DNA from: Tubiluchus corallicola | Taxonomy: Eukaryota; Animalia; Priapulida | Assembly (NCBI GenBank): GCA_030141605.1 | Contig: JAQGDQ010001774.1 | Coordinates: forward strand, 1-25,891 | Direction: 5' to 3' | Length of the DNA: 25,891 bases | Shown here: one piece after another, positions 9,570-21,894 of the stretch | Numbering within the stretch: position 1 is the stretch's first letter | Layout: every line of letters starts with the position of its first letter | Position numbers and translations under genes: made by a program | The notes under the pieces: generated by a model | Seen by the model: only the letters and a program-made list of their open reading frames with translations | Told to the model about the DNA's origin: nothing | Databases searched by the model: none

Positions 9570-10386
9570 ATAACAAAGGCCCCGCAAAAGATTTTGCGTA
9601 AAAAACCACGTGCAATCAATAATACGCGAACATCCTACCTAGTCCTCATTTATAACACAAAGCCCTTAACATCGTGCCTACTGTTTGTTTAACTAACGCA
9701 AAGCCTGTAGCTTTTACTGAATTAAAGCTATAAGCAGAGTAGAGTACAATGGATGACGTCAGAACAATGCCTTTGCGTCAGCAATTTTCTAAGCGAAAAT
9801 TGCCGAAAATGGAACCTCTAATTAACTCGTCGGTACTTCTCTCGATGGACCTGCCCTAACATATAGCCTACATCATCGTGTAGCCCTGTCCTTTCTCTTT
9901 CTAAAGAGCCGTATATCTCCTTCCGAAAGTCCCACCAGGCGCCGCTAGAACGTTTTTTCCGCAGGCTGTTTGGTCAAAATTTCGAAAAAATCGCGAGTTG
10001 GGTCCGGGAAAACGCCCGTTGCGGGACACCGTGGCCCTCTCGCGAATTCAAAATAGGCCTATGACACCCACCGCTGAACGGGCTATCTATCCATACCCAG
10101 CACCACCCTCGGCCCGTTCCCGTTCTCTACATCTCAGCCGTATAACTTTTGCAAAAAACGGCCGAAAAATGGCCATTTTTGGAGGTTTTTCGCCCCCCGT
10201 TCCTCCCGGTGGGCCCGATTCGAAAAATAAACCCCCAATGAGACGACACTAGATCGAGACCTTTCGTTTGATGTATAAATCGCCGCAAATGGTGCCCTCG
10301 TCCGGGCTGTAGCCTCGAATCTTATATATAAATAAATATATAAATAAATATATATATATACCAAGAATATTAATATAAGAGATAGA
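9570..10386 (-). mobile_element. Non-autonomous Helitron, copy 2 (terminal CTAG mutated)
   Basis: Colinear direct repeat of 7573-8387 with the hairpin intact. The CTAG position reads TTAT. Confidence 0.78.
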
Positions 10387-10416
10387 ATAATAATAATAGG
10401 ATAATAGTATTATCCT

Positions 10417-10429
10417 ACACACATGCACA

Positions 10430-10463
<34 letters not shown>

Positions 10464-10514
10464 TGCACACGCACATACACACACACACACACACATGCAC
10501 ATACACACACACAT

Positions 10515-10547
<33 letters not shown>

Positions 10548-10627
10548 CACACACATACACACACACACACGCACACACATGCACACACACACACGTACAC
10601 ACACACACACATGCACACACATACACA

Positions 10628-10671
<44 letters not shown>

Positions 10672-10778
10672 ACACGCACATGCACACACGCACACACACA
10701 CACGTGCACATGCGCACACACACACACACCACACACACACGCACACACATGCACACACACACACACACACACACACAA
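10417..10778. repeat. (CA)n microsatellite
   Basis: Direct inspection. Confidence 0.95.
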
Positions 10779-10947
10779 CAACTTGAAGTAAATCAGCAAA
10801 ACTTCATTGAATGACAGATCTCAGACAACAACGTGCAGTTGAGTAACCTTCATATCACTCATAAGTTGCGAATATTCACGAACTATACATGTTTCTGAAC
10901 TATGACGCACATCTATCTTGACCACAGATAAAAATTAGTTTACTCAC

Positions 10948-11087
10948 CTCTAGAGCTAGATCATCTGCTTCTGCTCTGCACAAAGGAATTATTGTAATCT
11001 TCTCTATTTTGTAAACATCGTACTTGTCGCTCAGCAGCCCGACGAGTGACTGCTGTTTGATGACTATGAGTTTCGGGTGGTCAACAT
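10948..11087 (-). CDS. INPP5F: INPP5F/Sac2 coding exon 3 (140 nt, phase 1-0)
   Basis: aatttag|AT...GAG|gtgagt. (D)VDHPKLIVIKQQSLVGLLSDKYDVYKIEKITIIPLCRAEADDLALE versus recalled DLPWWLILIRQKALVGKLPGDHEVCKVTKIAVLSLSEMEPQDLELE. Not present in the ORF track. Confidence 0.9.
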
Positions 11088-11173
11088 CTAAATTACAACA
11101 GCAATGGAGTTATAGTATATAATTATCAATAAAACACCGCAGCAATGGCATCAAGACAAAGTTTACTGAAGAC

Positions 11174-11425
11174 AATAATGCGCGTACATTCTACACAGTC
11201 TTTGCTTTCTGCTCCTCAAATGATGACGATAATGCACGAACATTCTACACAGTCTTTGCTTTCTCCTGCTAAAATGATGACAATAATGTGCGAACATTCT
11301 ACGTAGTCTTTTTTTCTCCTGCTGATAATAATGCACGAACATCCTACGTTGTCTTTGCTTTCTGCTCCTCAAATGATGGCGATAATGCGCGTACATTCTA
11401 CCTAGTCTTTGCTTTCTGGTGCTCC
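11174..11425. repeat. ~54-bp minisatellite, about 4.5 copies
   Basis: Unit ataatgcacgaacattctacacagtctttgctttctgctcctcaaatgatgacg. Confidence 0.9.
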
Positions 11426-11530
11426 TAACATCTGTCTCCTTTTATCTCCTTACACAATGGATAGGTGAAAATCTAACAAGCATGAAATAATGATAAATTT
11501 TATCAAAATAAATAAAATATTTTTTACATT

Positions 11531-11649
11531 TTTTTCTCATAATAGGCTTTTAATAATTTTTCTCATAATAGGCTTTTAATAATTTTTCTCATAATAGGCT
11601 TTTAATAATTTTTCTCATAATAGGCTTTTAATAATTTTTCTCATAATAG
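11531..11649. repeat. 26-bp minisatellite, about 4.5 copies
   Basis: Unit tttttctcataataggcttttaataa. Confidence 0.95.
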
Positions 11650-11950
11650 CTCGTAATAAGCCTTTTCGCAGTTCCAGCGATTGATGATGATCGTGAAAAG
11701 GTCAAAGGTTAAGCGTACCAGCCAACACATTTTTATACATTGACAATGCCTTGCAGCCCATGCTCATGTAATAGTAACAGATTCAACAGCTAGCGATAAC
11801 TTTATCTGTTCCCAAGAAAGATCCTGCTACTAAATCACTCTACATCACACAGACTAATGCGTAATTAAGTAAAGTCCACACAAAACAAGTAGGAAATTGC
11901 GACGCAACTGAATTTACTGAACTGATGTGGCAGGTGGGATTGCTTTACCC

Positions 11951-12128
11951 ACATATCTCGTGACAATTTTACTTGCAGTTTTACCTAAGACATCAAATAG
12001 ATCTGTTAACATGTCTCGTGACCATTTTACATACAGTTTTACATAAGACATCAAATAGATCTATTAACAAGACTCGTGACCATTTCACATACAGTTTTAC
12101 ATAAGACATCAAATAGATCTAGTAACAA
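11951..12128. repeat. 58-bp minisatellite, 3 copies
   Basis: Unit acatgtctcgtgaccattttacatacagttttacataagacatcaaatagatctatta. Confidence 0.92.
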
Positions 12129-12172
12129 ATGCACAGACTCGCCCCTCGTGAGTTGCGGAATACAAATCTTAC

Positions 12173-12253
12173 CAGGTATGTGAAACTTTCCAATGACACC
12201 GTGTATTTTTCCCAAACAAACAGCATTTTGTGCATTACACAGACCCTCGTGTC
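12173..12253 (-). CDS. INPP5F: INPP5F/Sac2 coding exon 2 (81 nt, phase 1-1)
   Basis: tggttacag|GA...CCT G|gtaaga. (G)HEGLCNAQNAVCLGKIHGVIGKFHIP versus recalled TDLLLAWNPICLGLVEGVIGKIQLHS. Confidence 0.9.
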
Positions 12254-12429
12254 CTGTAACCAAACAAATGTCATGTGACTTATGTCGTATCTAAAGAACG
12301 AGATTCAACCTATTCGTTCCGACAAAATTTATTTGTTCCAATCATGCAGCTAACTCACTATAAACTAAGGATCGGTGGCGGCTCATGCATAGGTACTGTG
12401 GAACTGCAGCACCCCCTATTTTCTCTCAA

Positions 12430-13237
12430 TATTATCAATAATATTCAATATAATAAGTATTTTTTCTTTAGTTCTCTCTTCATGCTTGTACGGAACCACA
12501 GCACGTGAGGGTAGTACTGTTTGCTTCACAGCGCAGCACAGTGTGTTACACAAACGCAGTGTCTGGCTGTTGTTAGTGCACACGTGTGGGCCCAGGTAGA
12601 GAAAGTACTGTCGCTCACACAGTTTGCTGTCAGTTGTCACGTGCTTACCGTGAATGGATCAAGCTTAAACTGTGACAATATAGGCTACTAGTAAGCAGAA
12701 AATATTTTTTGTTTAGGATTCTATCAAGTTTATGTACAATGTTCCCTCACTTATCGCGGGTGTTCCGTTCCAAGTGAATTTCCGCGAAGTAGGGATGCTA
12801 TACTTATTTTAGCAGTTATACATTATTTTAATTCTTTATAAACCCTCCCCACACTCTTATAACCCTTTCCCATTCCCTTAACAACTTTTCCCATACTGTA
12901 CATGTACTGTACAATACGTACTACGCATGTGCAAAAATACTTTAGATGAAGTACCGCAAAAACTCGACATTATCGATAATATTCTGCAAAATAAGTCGTT
13001 TTTTTAGTTCTTTATATATGGAACCAAAGCATGTGAGGGTAGTACTGTTTGCGTAACAGCCTAATACAGTGCACTCCAGCAACACAGCCATGCGCACATG
13101 TTTGAGTCCAGGTAGAGAAAGTAGTGTCGCTCACACAGTTTGTTGCCACTTGTCACCTGCTTACCGTGAATGGATCGAGCTTGAACTGCGACAATTTAGG
13201 CTATTCGTAGGCAAAAAACTATCAAATTTATATACAA
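12430..13237. repeat. Diverged direct duplication (~12430-12736 and ~12969-13237)
   Basis: Shared blocks gtgagggtagtactgtttgc, ccaggtagagaaagta, tgtcgctcacacagttt and tgcttaccgtgaatggatc. Confidence 0.8.
12737..12940 (+). mobile_element. Tc1/mariner-Tigger-like MITE fragment
   Basis: TA|caatgttccctcacttatcgcgggtgttccgttcc...tccgcgaagtag resembles a Tigger-type terminus. No partner TIR was found. Confidence 0.45.
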
Positions 13238-13683
13238 ACTTTTGCATGTTTGTTTGTTTAAAATTACATAAGTTTGTTTCGTTTTATACAGTATTTAAAC
13301 AATGGCTAAGAAGGGATGCACCAGATCCTGTTTTCCCACATCTGAGTTGGATCTGGATAGTGGAACCACAGAGCCGGTTATAAATCCTGTAAATATTCAC
13401 AGGTTCCAGGCACGTCCCAGTATTGCCTAGTAACTTATTAGCAAAAGTACATTAATTTTAACACTGTTTGCATGCAGATAAACGTGAATGTTTTATGATC
13501 AATGTAACATGTATCTAAAGCCCTGTTAACTATAAATAATAGCAATTAAGCGCTTTTGACTACATAAACTTATAAATCTTATAAGTCAGATCTTTCGTAA
13601 CTTTTGTTTCTAAATGTGCCAAGAAAATGTGACAACAGCCCTATCAGCCACCATCTTTATTTTTCGAAATTTAGTAAAAAGTA

Positions 13684-14085
13684 AATCAATCAATCAATCA
13701 ATCAATTTATTTCACTCCAGCAATACATATACAATACATTAGCATACAATATTATTGAAACAAAAAGAAACAGTATAGGTAAAAAAACGTTGATGAAGTC
13801 AAATTAACCAAATAAAAGAGTTGCTGTATGACACCTTGAAAGCTTGGCTTGTTAGGGTGGCAGAAATGAGTGAATGAAAGAATGGTTAGGGTTAGTAGAC
13901 ATGATGCAATGGAAAAATAGTAAGATTAGGGATAGGAAGAAGGAAAAGCGGAGAAGAAACGACCACAGTGTATGTTTAATTTACATAGAGGTATATTAAA
14001 ATAGCATTATAATTGATTGGAGGCCATATATTGCGACTGCATGAGACATGGAACAATTAAAATTGTATTATAAGTATGTATCAAA
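13684..14085 (-). mobile_element. 3' end of an L2/CR1-type LINE
   Basis: The minus strand ends AATAAA followed by a (TTGA)5 tail. A degenerate YGLQSI-like remnant lies upstream. Confidence 0.45.
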
Positions 14086-14569
14086 AATAGTAAAAAAATA
14101 ATTACACATATTTTGGAAAAGTACATTTCTGTTTTTTCTATATCACATCATTTGTTGTTCTCACAACAGGTAATGACATTCAAAAAGTTTAGAACCGTTA
14201 GCAGAAAATTTGCTGAGTGTAAAGCAGTGGTGTAGTGGAAGGTATACACAAGTATACTCACTTGAAACTCCTGGTTATTTCAGTACACTTACCTAATATA
14301 CAATATAATCACTTCTGTTAAGACTATACCCAAATAATAACTGTTTAAGATGTTAGTAAGTGTGCATTGAAACCAACGTTATGCAAGAGGGTACTACTAC
14401 CATATTATGAATTACTTCGACTTAATAAACCTCACAGAATATCCAGAAAAGTGCAAAAATGGTAGAAATAATGTCATACAAAAAGTACTTTAATACCAGA
14501 AAAATAAGCTACTCTCAGACTACATTGTTTATGCTAAGCAGGTAAAATTAAATAAGTTATAACACTTAC

Positions 14570-14666
14570 CAATTTTTGCTTGTAAACGACCATCAGTCCT
14601 GCTACACCAAAGTTCACTTTTTGCAGAAGTAACTATGTAATAGTTGGGTGTACGAAAAATTTCCAT
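14570..14666 (-). CDS. INPP5F: INPP5F/Sac2 phosphatidylinositide phosphatase, first coding exon (97 nt)
   Basis: ATG at 14666. MEIFRTPNYYIVTSAKSELWCSRTDGRLQAKI G|gtaagt versus recalled MELFQAKDHYILQQGERALWCSRRDGGLQLRP. All five exons join in frame. Confidence 0.92.
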
Positions 14667-15042
14667 TATTCATTTCGTTTAAGTCTTCAACAAAATCTTT
14701 TAGCAGAGAAAAACAGAGAAGCATTTCCGACAAGTGTTATCGAATTTAAGTGCTGCGTTTATGTCTCCATCTAACGGCAGAAACTGTAAACTTTTCCTCA
14801 TGAACTCATAGAGTAATGTTTTTGAGACATTTTTTATACCTTTCAAAACATTTGACCCGATAGTTAGCTTTTATATGGAAATGTAGGTTGTAAAATTAGC
14901 TCGGCGGCTACAATTAGACATATTCTAGGTGTGTGCAGTGTGCATGATCTTTCTCGTTGGCAGCTGACAGAATTTCAACCAAACTTGCACAGTAGCAGTA
15001 GATGCATGGGTTCTGAACTCTAGTTGTGCAGTAAACAATTGG

Positions 15043-15073
15043 GTTGCCACGGTGACCACAGATGCTTAGCAAC
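15043..15073. promoter_or_regulatory. Candidate RFX X-box motifs upstream of INPP5F
   Basis: GTTGCCACGGTGAC (one mismatch to GTNRCCN0-3RGYAAC) plus a TAGCAAC half-site, about 380-400 bp upstream of the ATG. Confidence 0.3.
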
Positions 15074-15885
15074 GGCCGAAAACGTTTAAAACTTTCTTGC
15101 TTCAAAAGAAATCTCATCCAGAACTGCTGTTATAGTGACGACGAAGGTCATTGCTGTTATACTTCGAATAACTATCTAAAATTTTGCCTGGAATTTTTTA
15201 CCTGTGTGTCTGTCTTTCCATTGTTTGGATGCGTTTGCTTTATTTATTAACAATACAGATACCCAGTATTCTTTGTGGTCATACGTCGATTTACTCATAT
15301 TTTACATTAACAGCAGGCCTTTATCAATATTCTTTAAGTGTCCTGTCACCTAGACACAATTAATACGTCTGAAAGCATTTTCTGTCCGCTCCTTATTTAC
15401 ATTAAAATTATAATAAGAATATAGACAAATTTTAGACAATAAAAAGAACATAAAAGCATTTTTTAAACAATAACAAAGAATTTATTATTTCTTTTACAAA
15501 ATTTCTTAAAAATAAATATTTTGGTAAGAAATAGGCTTTTACAGTTCAACAAATGTGCTTGGATAAAATTACAGAACACTTCGGTTTGGATATGCATACA
15601 AGCTCAAATCAGTAATGTGAAACGGTTTCACCACAATATAAGCAGATTCCTCAACCTATATAATGATACCGCCCTGTAGAGCTTTCATTTTTAGGCACAA
15701 GGCAGTATAAGCAACATAAACTTATTTCTGTCCAACTTTGTGACAGAGAATTTAAAAACACCAAGCGTGTTACAAAATATCCACAGTAATATTCAGTATG
15801 TCAAATAGTTTTGGTCAAAGTTTCACTTTGTATGCTTTCTAATGACATTAATGATTCTGCATTTTTATATAGAAAATCTGATTTG

Positions 15886-15891
15886 TTTATT
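15886..15891 (-). terminator. Candidate polyadenylation signal of the GST gene
   Basis: AATAAA on the minus strand about 93 nt after the stop codon. Confidence 0.5.
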
Positions 15892-15983
15892 AAAATTATT
15901 ATCAACCAATGACAGATTTACTAAATAGGTTTTCAGTAAGCATTTTTTGATTGTCAATAAACTGTAAAATTTAACATTCGTCA

Positions 15984-16298
15984 TCAATTGCTGTTCATCT
16001 GTGGCCTCTCTCTGAACATCTGCTTTACCTGTTCAAAACCTTCGTTGGCCTGATCGTAATACGTTAACTCTTTCTTCAACTGCTCCACCCACGCCTGAAC
16101 GTTGGCGAAGTCGTCCAGGCTGAAATTGTCAAACGTCTCCAAAAACGTGACCGTGCACATCAGTGACAGGTCTGCAATGGTCGCGTGGTCAGAGACCAGA
16201 TACTTCCGGTCGTCCAATAGCTTGTCCAATAGTTGCAAACTGGATTTTGCTTTCTCAAGATTTTCATTGCTTGGCTCATTGCCCATTATCTGTGGCAA
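15984..16298 (-). CDS. Glutathione S-transferase, last coding exon (C-terminal domain)
   Basis: ttaattttacag|TTG. LDKLLDDRKYLVSDHATIADLSL contains the GST N-capping box motif. Ends at TGA. Confidence 0.93.
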   Translation of the reverse strand: MPQIMGNEPSNENLEKAKSSLQLLDKLLDDRKYLVSDHATIADLSLMCTVTFLETFDNFSLDDFANVQAWVEQLKKELTYYDQANEGFEQVKQMFRERPQMNSN

Positions 16299-17271
16299 CT
16301 GTAAAATTAATAAAAATTTGTCCTACATGATTTTGTTCATTTAGTGTGTAGAATTGCTACCGATATACAATAAATTCTAAAGCGTCTCAGTCCTAGCCAA
16401 AAAATTATGCGATAGGTCGACTGGCGGTCAACCATTTTACCAGCAGAACTTGTTACCATGTTTTAGATGGTTAATAATTATTGTCGTATTATAATGTGTG
16501 TACGTGTGCCTGTATTAACTGGCACTATTTTCATTTTTGTCTCACTAACTTCTCAATGGAGAGCGCCACATATTTTAAGTAATACTCCGTGTCGACGTCT
16601 TTGCATGTGCGGCCATCTGTTGCAGAACTAACCAGGAAACAATGGAGCTATTTGGCTGAAGTTAGTTTTGCACTGACCCAAAACTCACGATCCATGCTAC
16701 TTCAATAAATTTCTATAATTACTGTAAATGTGCAAAAAATGGCAACACTTGCTCTGTGAACTATTATCTGTCCCGAAATTAGATTTTATATCTAGTCTAG
16801 CATATAGCGTTAGAATAAGTTAATAAAGTGTTACCATGGCCATAATTGTAAAAAAAGACACAGGTTTTACTGCCTCTAAATGTTTGTAAAGTCAATAGGC
16901 AAATATTTGGTTATCTTTCAAGATCTTGGCTACATCAAATTGATGTCAGGCATGTTTGTCCGGTTTTCTTCATTTGTTTGTGATCATTTAAATCATTTTG
17001 TTTTAATTTAGTTTTTAATTCAACCTTTTCATGCTCTTTGTACGCTTTATTTTACTGACATTCTACACCTTTATTTTACACGTAGTTTTATCTGCAATTT
17101 TTTTACATTTGCATCATTCTGTGCAGCTGATGAAGTGTGACAGGAAGAAAACTCCTGAAGAAAAAAAACAAAGATTTTTTTTATATTTATGGACATTTTT
17201 ACTTCTTCTTTTACGATTATGATCATGACACATCTCAGAAGAGCACTATCTTATTTTTAAGGAAATGTTAC

Positions 17272-17413
17272 CATGTATTGTTGAATAGAAGGAAAGATTC
17301 GAGATCCGTCCAAGTGTAAGAACATGTCAACTCTTGCTCTTTGTCTCAAATCCTTCGGGTAAAGTTGTCCCGATTCATCGTACCTACTCGCGAGGTAACA
17401 AAGTATTGCTTTA
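17272..17413 (-). CDS. Glutathione S-transferase, coding exon 3 (142 nt, phase 2-0)
   Basis: ttttccacag|T AAA...ATG|gtaaca. (S)KAILCYLASRYDESGQLYPKDLRQRARVDMFLHLDGSRIFPSIQQYM carries the typical LYPKD..RA.VD motif. Confidence 0.93.
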
Positions 17414-17956
17414 CTGTGGAAAAAAAATAAATCATAAATCAGAAAACAAGTATTTGTGGTGTGGTAGGCTAATTCTACTACAACTTACTGTTGTACAACT
17501 GGTAGTGTTAGTACAAACTGCTAGACACATCAACGGCTTGAATTGAGCCTTGCGGAGTGTTAGAAGTATGAGAAGCGTTGATGATGTGTATGCGTTTACA
17601 TAAATGATTTTGTTCCTAGCAGTAATTATTATAACTATGACTGACAATAGATTTTATGCTGCACTAAAACCTAGAAATGAACTGAACAGTTAGTGTACAA
17701 GCAACAGTTATCCAGACGGCTAGTGCACTAGAAAAAGAAAAAGGCGCTAAAAATTTGGCCCAGAATTCGAATCCAAAACATTATAAAATAATATAAGACG
17801 TACAAAAGGTTCTACATCTTGTACTGTCGGCCCAAAACTCTGGTTTACTATGGAGAGCTATTGCTGAATTATTCTTGATTGTTCTACATGTACGTATACG
17901 ACAGTTGTACGAGCTTCACAAAGTAACAAAGAAATTACGTAATTTTACATAATTAG

Positions 17957-18100
17957 CAGTGACGTATTTACCAAAAGGCAGAGTAGGCCATTGGTCTGGG
18001 GCCCATAGGTAGCTGGTTGTCCACTAAAACTAATTTGTCACTCGGAGTCCAGCGTACAACCTTGTCTCGAGTGTACACCAGGTATGTTTATTTATCATTA

Positions 18101-18184
<84 letters not shown>

Positions 18185-18666
18185 CACATTCAGTACAATA
18201 GTATGACATTAAGCACACAGTGACATCATACTGTGTTAAATTGTCATGTTTCATACACTATCGTTATCATAAAAGAATAATTGTACTGCAGTGGGCTAGA
18301 GAAGCAAAGGCTTGCATAAGCCCACTGTCACGTGAACCCGATAAAAAGGAATGGATGAGTGAACAAAAAAAAAGAACTGGGAGAAAGGTTAGATCACACA
18401 GGAAGGGTAGAAGGATGAGTTAGTGGAAATTGTAGGAAGAAAGATAATAGATTGCGCTATGTTGACATCAGCTCCAAAGATTTATCAATGATGCCTTGTT
18501 TTGCATAATCTGTACCAGGATTGTGGTATGTCATTATATAATACTAGGTCATTGGTCTGGGGCCCACGGGTACCGGAGTATGCGGCTCCTGTACAATATA
18601 AAAGGCCCAAATTTTGGGGTCCACCTATGAGTTTATTCTAGGGCCCACAAGTAGGTAAAGGCACTG
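17957..18666. mobile_element. Old hAT-like non-autonomous element in the GST intron, containing an (ATT)n run
   Basis: Imperfect TIRs cagtgacgtatttacc / ggtaaaggcactg. Flanks ataattag / attattag match 7 of 8 as a TSD. Internal repeat cattggtctggggccca occurs twice. Confidence 0.55.
18091..18184. repeat. (ATT)n microsatellite
   Basis: Direct inspection. Confidence 0.95.
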
Positions 18667-18743
18667 ATTATTAGGTAATTGTGCAATTAAATATACTTAC
18701 TAACAGCAAAGGTGTCAAATTTATACACAACTGTTATTCTCAC

Positions 18744-18802
18744 CTTTCCCATAAGATGAATCCTTTGTCGATTATAGTGGGAATTTGTCCTCCAGGATTC
18801 AC
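18744..18802 (-). CDS. Glutathione S-transferase, coding exon 2 (59 nt, phase 0-2)
   Basis: tttgaag|GTG...GAA AG|gtgaga. VNPGGQIPTIIDKGFILWE(S) contains the cis-Pro loop and the ES glutathione-binding motif. Confidence 0.93.
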
Positions 18803-19062
18803 CTTCAAACGACAAAAAATCGATAAAGAAGTTTTGTAAGTTTAATTAGATCACGTGACGCCGTAATGTGAACATATACATGCATTGCCTTCAGAAGAGA
18901 TGAACGTTAAAAAAAAATCACACTTTACGATTCCACGCATACAATGAAGTATATTTATCCACAAAATAAAAAAAGTTGTTTAAGTAAAACTGAACGGCAA
19001 CGGCTTAAATGTTGTTTTCCATTTCACAGAAAGTGGCATCGTGGCTAATTCTTACCTGATAA

Positions 19063-19213
19063 TTATGATGACAGAAGATAAATATGATGACGATGATGAC
19101 GACGACAACGGCGAAGAAGAAAAAAGAAGATGATGATAATGACGACGACGAAGAAGAAGAAGATGATGATGATGACGACGACGACAACGACGACGACGAA
19201 GAAGATGATGATC
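19063..19213. repeat. Compound (GAT/GAC/GAA)n microsatellite
   Basis: Direct inspection. Confidence 0.9.
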
Positions 19214-20318
19214 TTCATTTTTATGCTGTGGTATTTGGTACTCAAGAATGACGAATAAATGTTCATTCAGGGTATTCTCCAGCTAGGTTTGGGGTGCGGG
19301 CTGCAGGGTTTTGGGTGCGGGCTCACGTCTGCAAACAGGTGGGATATCGCCACAGAATCGATACGGGACAAAGCCTCTTTGTTTTAGCTCACCACTTAAT
19401 GCGATTTCCTCTCTTTCAGTAGCCAGAACCTGAACACAAACCTAATTCTTGCCCGATAATTTAAATATTTCATTAATTTTTGCGAAAGTAATGTTGCTGT
19501 AGCTCCAAACCGGTCCGGTAAATCGCAACGTTAACTAATTCGAACCCACGTGTCTAAGCCATAGCAATTTTTGTGCAATATATAAAGTACCTAACATAGT
19601 TCGTAACTATGAAAACGTTCACACTTAAAAAGAGCAAACTCCAAATAAAACTCTAAAAACAGCACAACTTTATTAAAAACTTTTACGTTAGAAAGTTAAA
19701 AGTCAAAATCATGCCAAACGCTTCGAATAGTTGCTACTGTCATCATCAGTGATAAATTTATAAACAAACAACCTGTTTACATAGGCAGAGCCTGTTATGC
19801 ACTAATTAAGTAGTTAACAGAGGCCAAATAGGTAATGAATAAACCGACCAGCAAAGAAATTTTGCAGTAACTTAAGCACTAATTACGTATTTACAAAAGC
19901 AAAATAGGTAATGAATAAGCAGACTTGAAGAAAAAAATTGATACAGTAACAAATAGCTAAGAGTTTGAGAATGAAGTTAAAGGAATTGAACTGCTTTGTA
20001 CATTAAGAGAAGGCTGATTAGGGTATGTAGATAAACTTTCTTTTATTAATAAGTCCTAGTTATTTGCAGCTCTGGTCACAATGCTGAAATTATTAAAATC
20101 AGCTCTGTGGCCAGAGGCACAAGTGTGGTCATTAATGCTGGATTGAGGAGAATTTTTAAAAATTTTTGTCAGTTCTGACGAAATATCCAAATATTCACAA
20201 ATTCTCACTTTAAAGTGTTGGGATGTTTTTGCTCTTGTTTTAATAATAAATGGTTTGTTTTTAACTATAAATGTTTTTATGTGCCTGCCATCTTGTTTCT
20301 TGAAAGTAAAAATCTCAC

Positions 20319-20567
20319 CCTGAGGTACTCCTCTGTCCTGTTCTCCCCCTTCATCAAGTCTACCATCCTTGGTTGCAGAGGCACACCCAAATGTCTTGCC
20401 ACCATGTTGACAGCTCGCGAGGGAGGACTCAGGGGATGGAAATAGAAAACTATTCCCCCTTCATCGCCATTTGGTGTGGTGGGAGGAGAACTGTATGCGC
20501 GGTGCAAGCCGTGGGGAAGCGTACCCCTCTTTTTGGCTTCTCTGTAGATGTCCACTGGTCGAGACAT
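20319..20567 (-). CDS. Glutathione S-transferase (Delta/Epsilon/Theta-like, Ser-type), first coding exon (249 nt)
   Basis: ttttttcag|TC ATG ... IVFYFHPLSPPSRAVNMVARHLGVPLQPRMVDLMKGENRTEEYLR|gtgaga. The four exons total 765 nt, i.e. 254 aa plus stop. Confidence 0.92.
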
Positions 20568-20680
20568 GACTGAAAAAATAAGTCAAATTACATTTACATG
20601 CACATACTATTTCTACAAACTTTCCAACTGCTAATCATGTAAAGACTAGTTAGCTTTCATTAGTTTAATGATAATTTTAG

Positions 20681-21020
<340 letters not shown>

Positions 21021-21746
21021 CGCGGTCTTAATCTTTTGATCCTCCTCCTCCTCCTCCTTTTGCTGCGTAAAAATAATATTTTCAAAAAAAATTCATAAAG
21101 AAATGTTTGTACCTCACGTTCAATTGCGCTAAAACTAAGCGATAATTATCATCACTATAATATACAGTAGCTGTTAGTCTTAAAAACTTAAAAGCGAAAA
21201 CGATAATAGAATAAATCAACGTTGAATGTTATGCAAACTTGCGAGCGGCCAAAGTACACTATGCATACTTGATAAGTGTATGTATGTACTAATAAATCAT
21301 TATTCATGCTGTACGCCTATTACACAAACTTTAAAACGCATAAAGCTTAGAACACTCCTGCACATTTGATGTATCAAATAACGCCACTTTTTTCTACTGT
21401 GATAAGTAAGTAAGTCGTTCTATGCAAACGAACTGTTAGTGAGTCAAGTTCATTATAATTATGCTTGTTTCCTGGATTAACATATTAAGTGCACGTCTGC
21501 TGTTGTTATTAGCAACCTTCTCATTATGGCAGATTTGTATAATCTGAAGATTGCTACTACGATATTTTCAATAATAATTGACTAAAATATTAAGTTCATA
21601 GTTAAAATGCTCTGCATTTTAAACTTCAGTACAGATTAAAGTAACAACTTTAGGAGAGGGCGCTAGTACCTAGCGTCTTAGTTAGCGCATCAGCAGACCA
21701 CAAGCTCTCTGCTGTAAACCAGAAACGTATGCAAGACCTGACTAAA

Positions 21747-21894
<148 letters not shown>

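Noticed and set aside
11163-12128. CRISPR-like appearance of the repeat arrays and the repetitive 77-aa ORF
   Set aside because: The units are head-to-tail with no unique spacers, they sit in a eukaryotic intron, and there are no cas genes.
14914-15250. Cys-rich 62-67-aa ORFs between the two genes
   Set aside because: No recognisable domain, signal peptide or splice support. The interval is more plausibly promoter or UTR.
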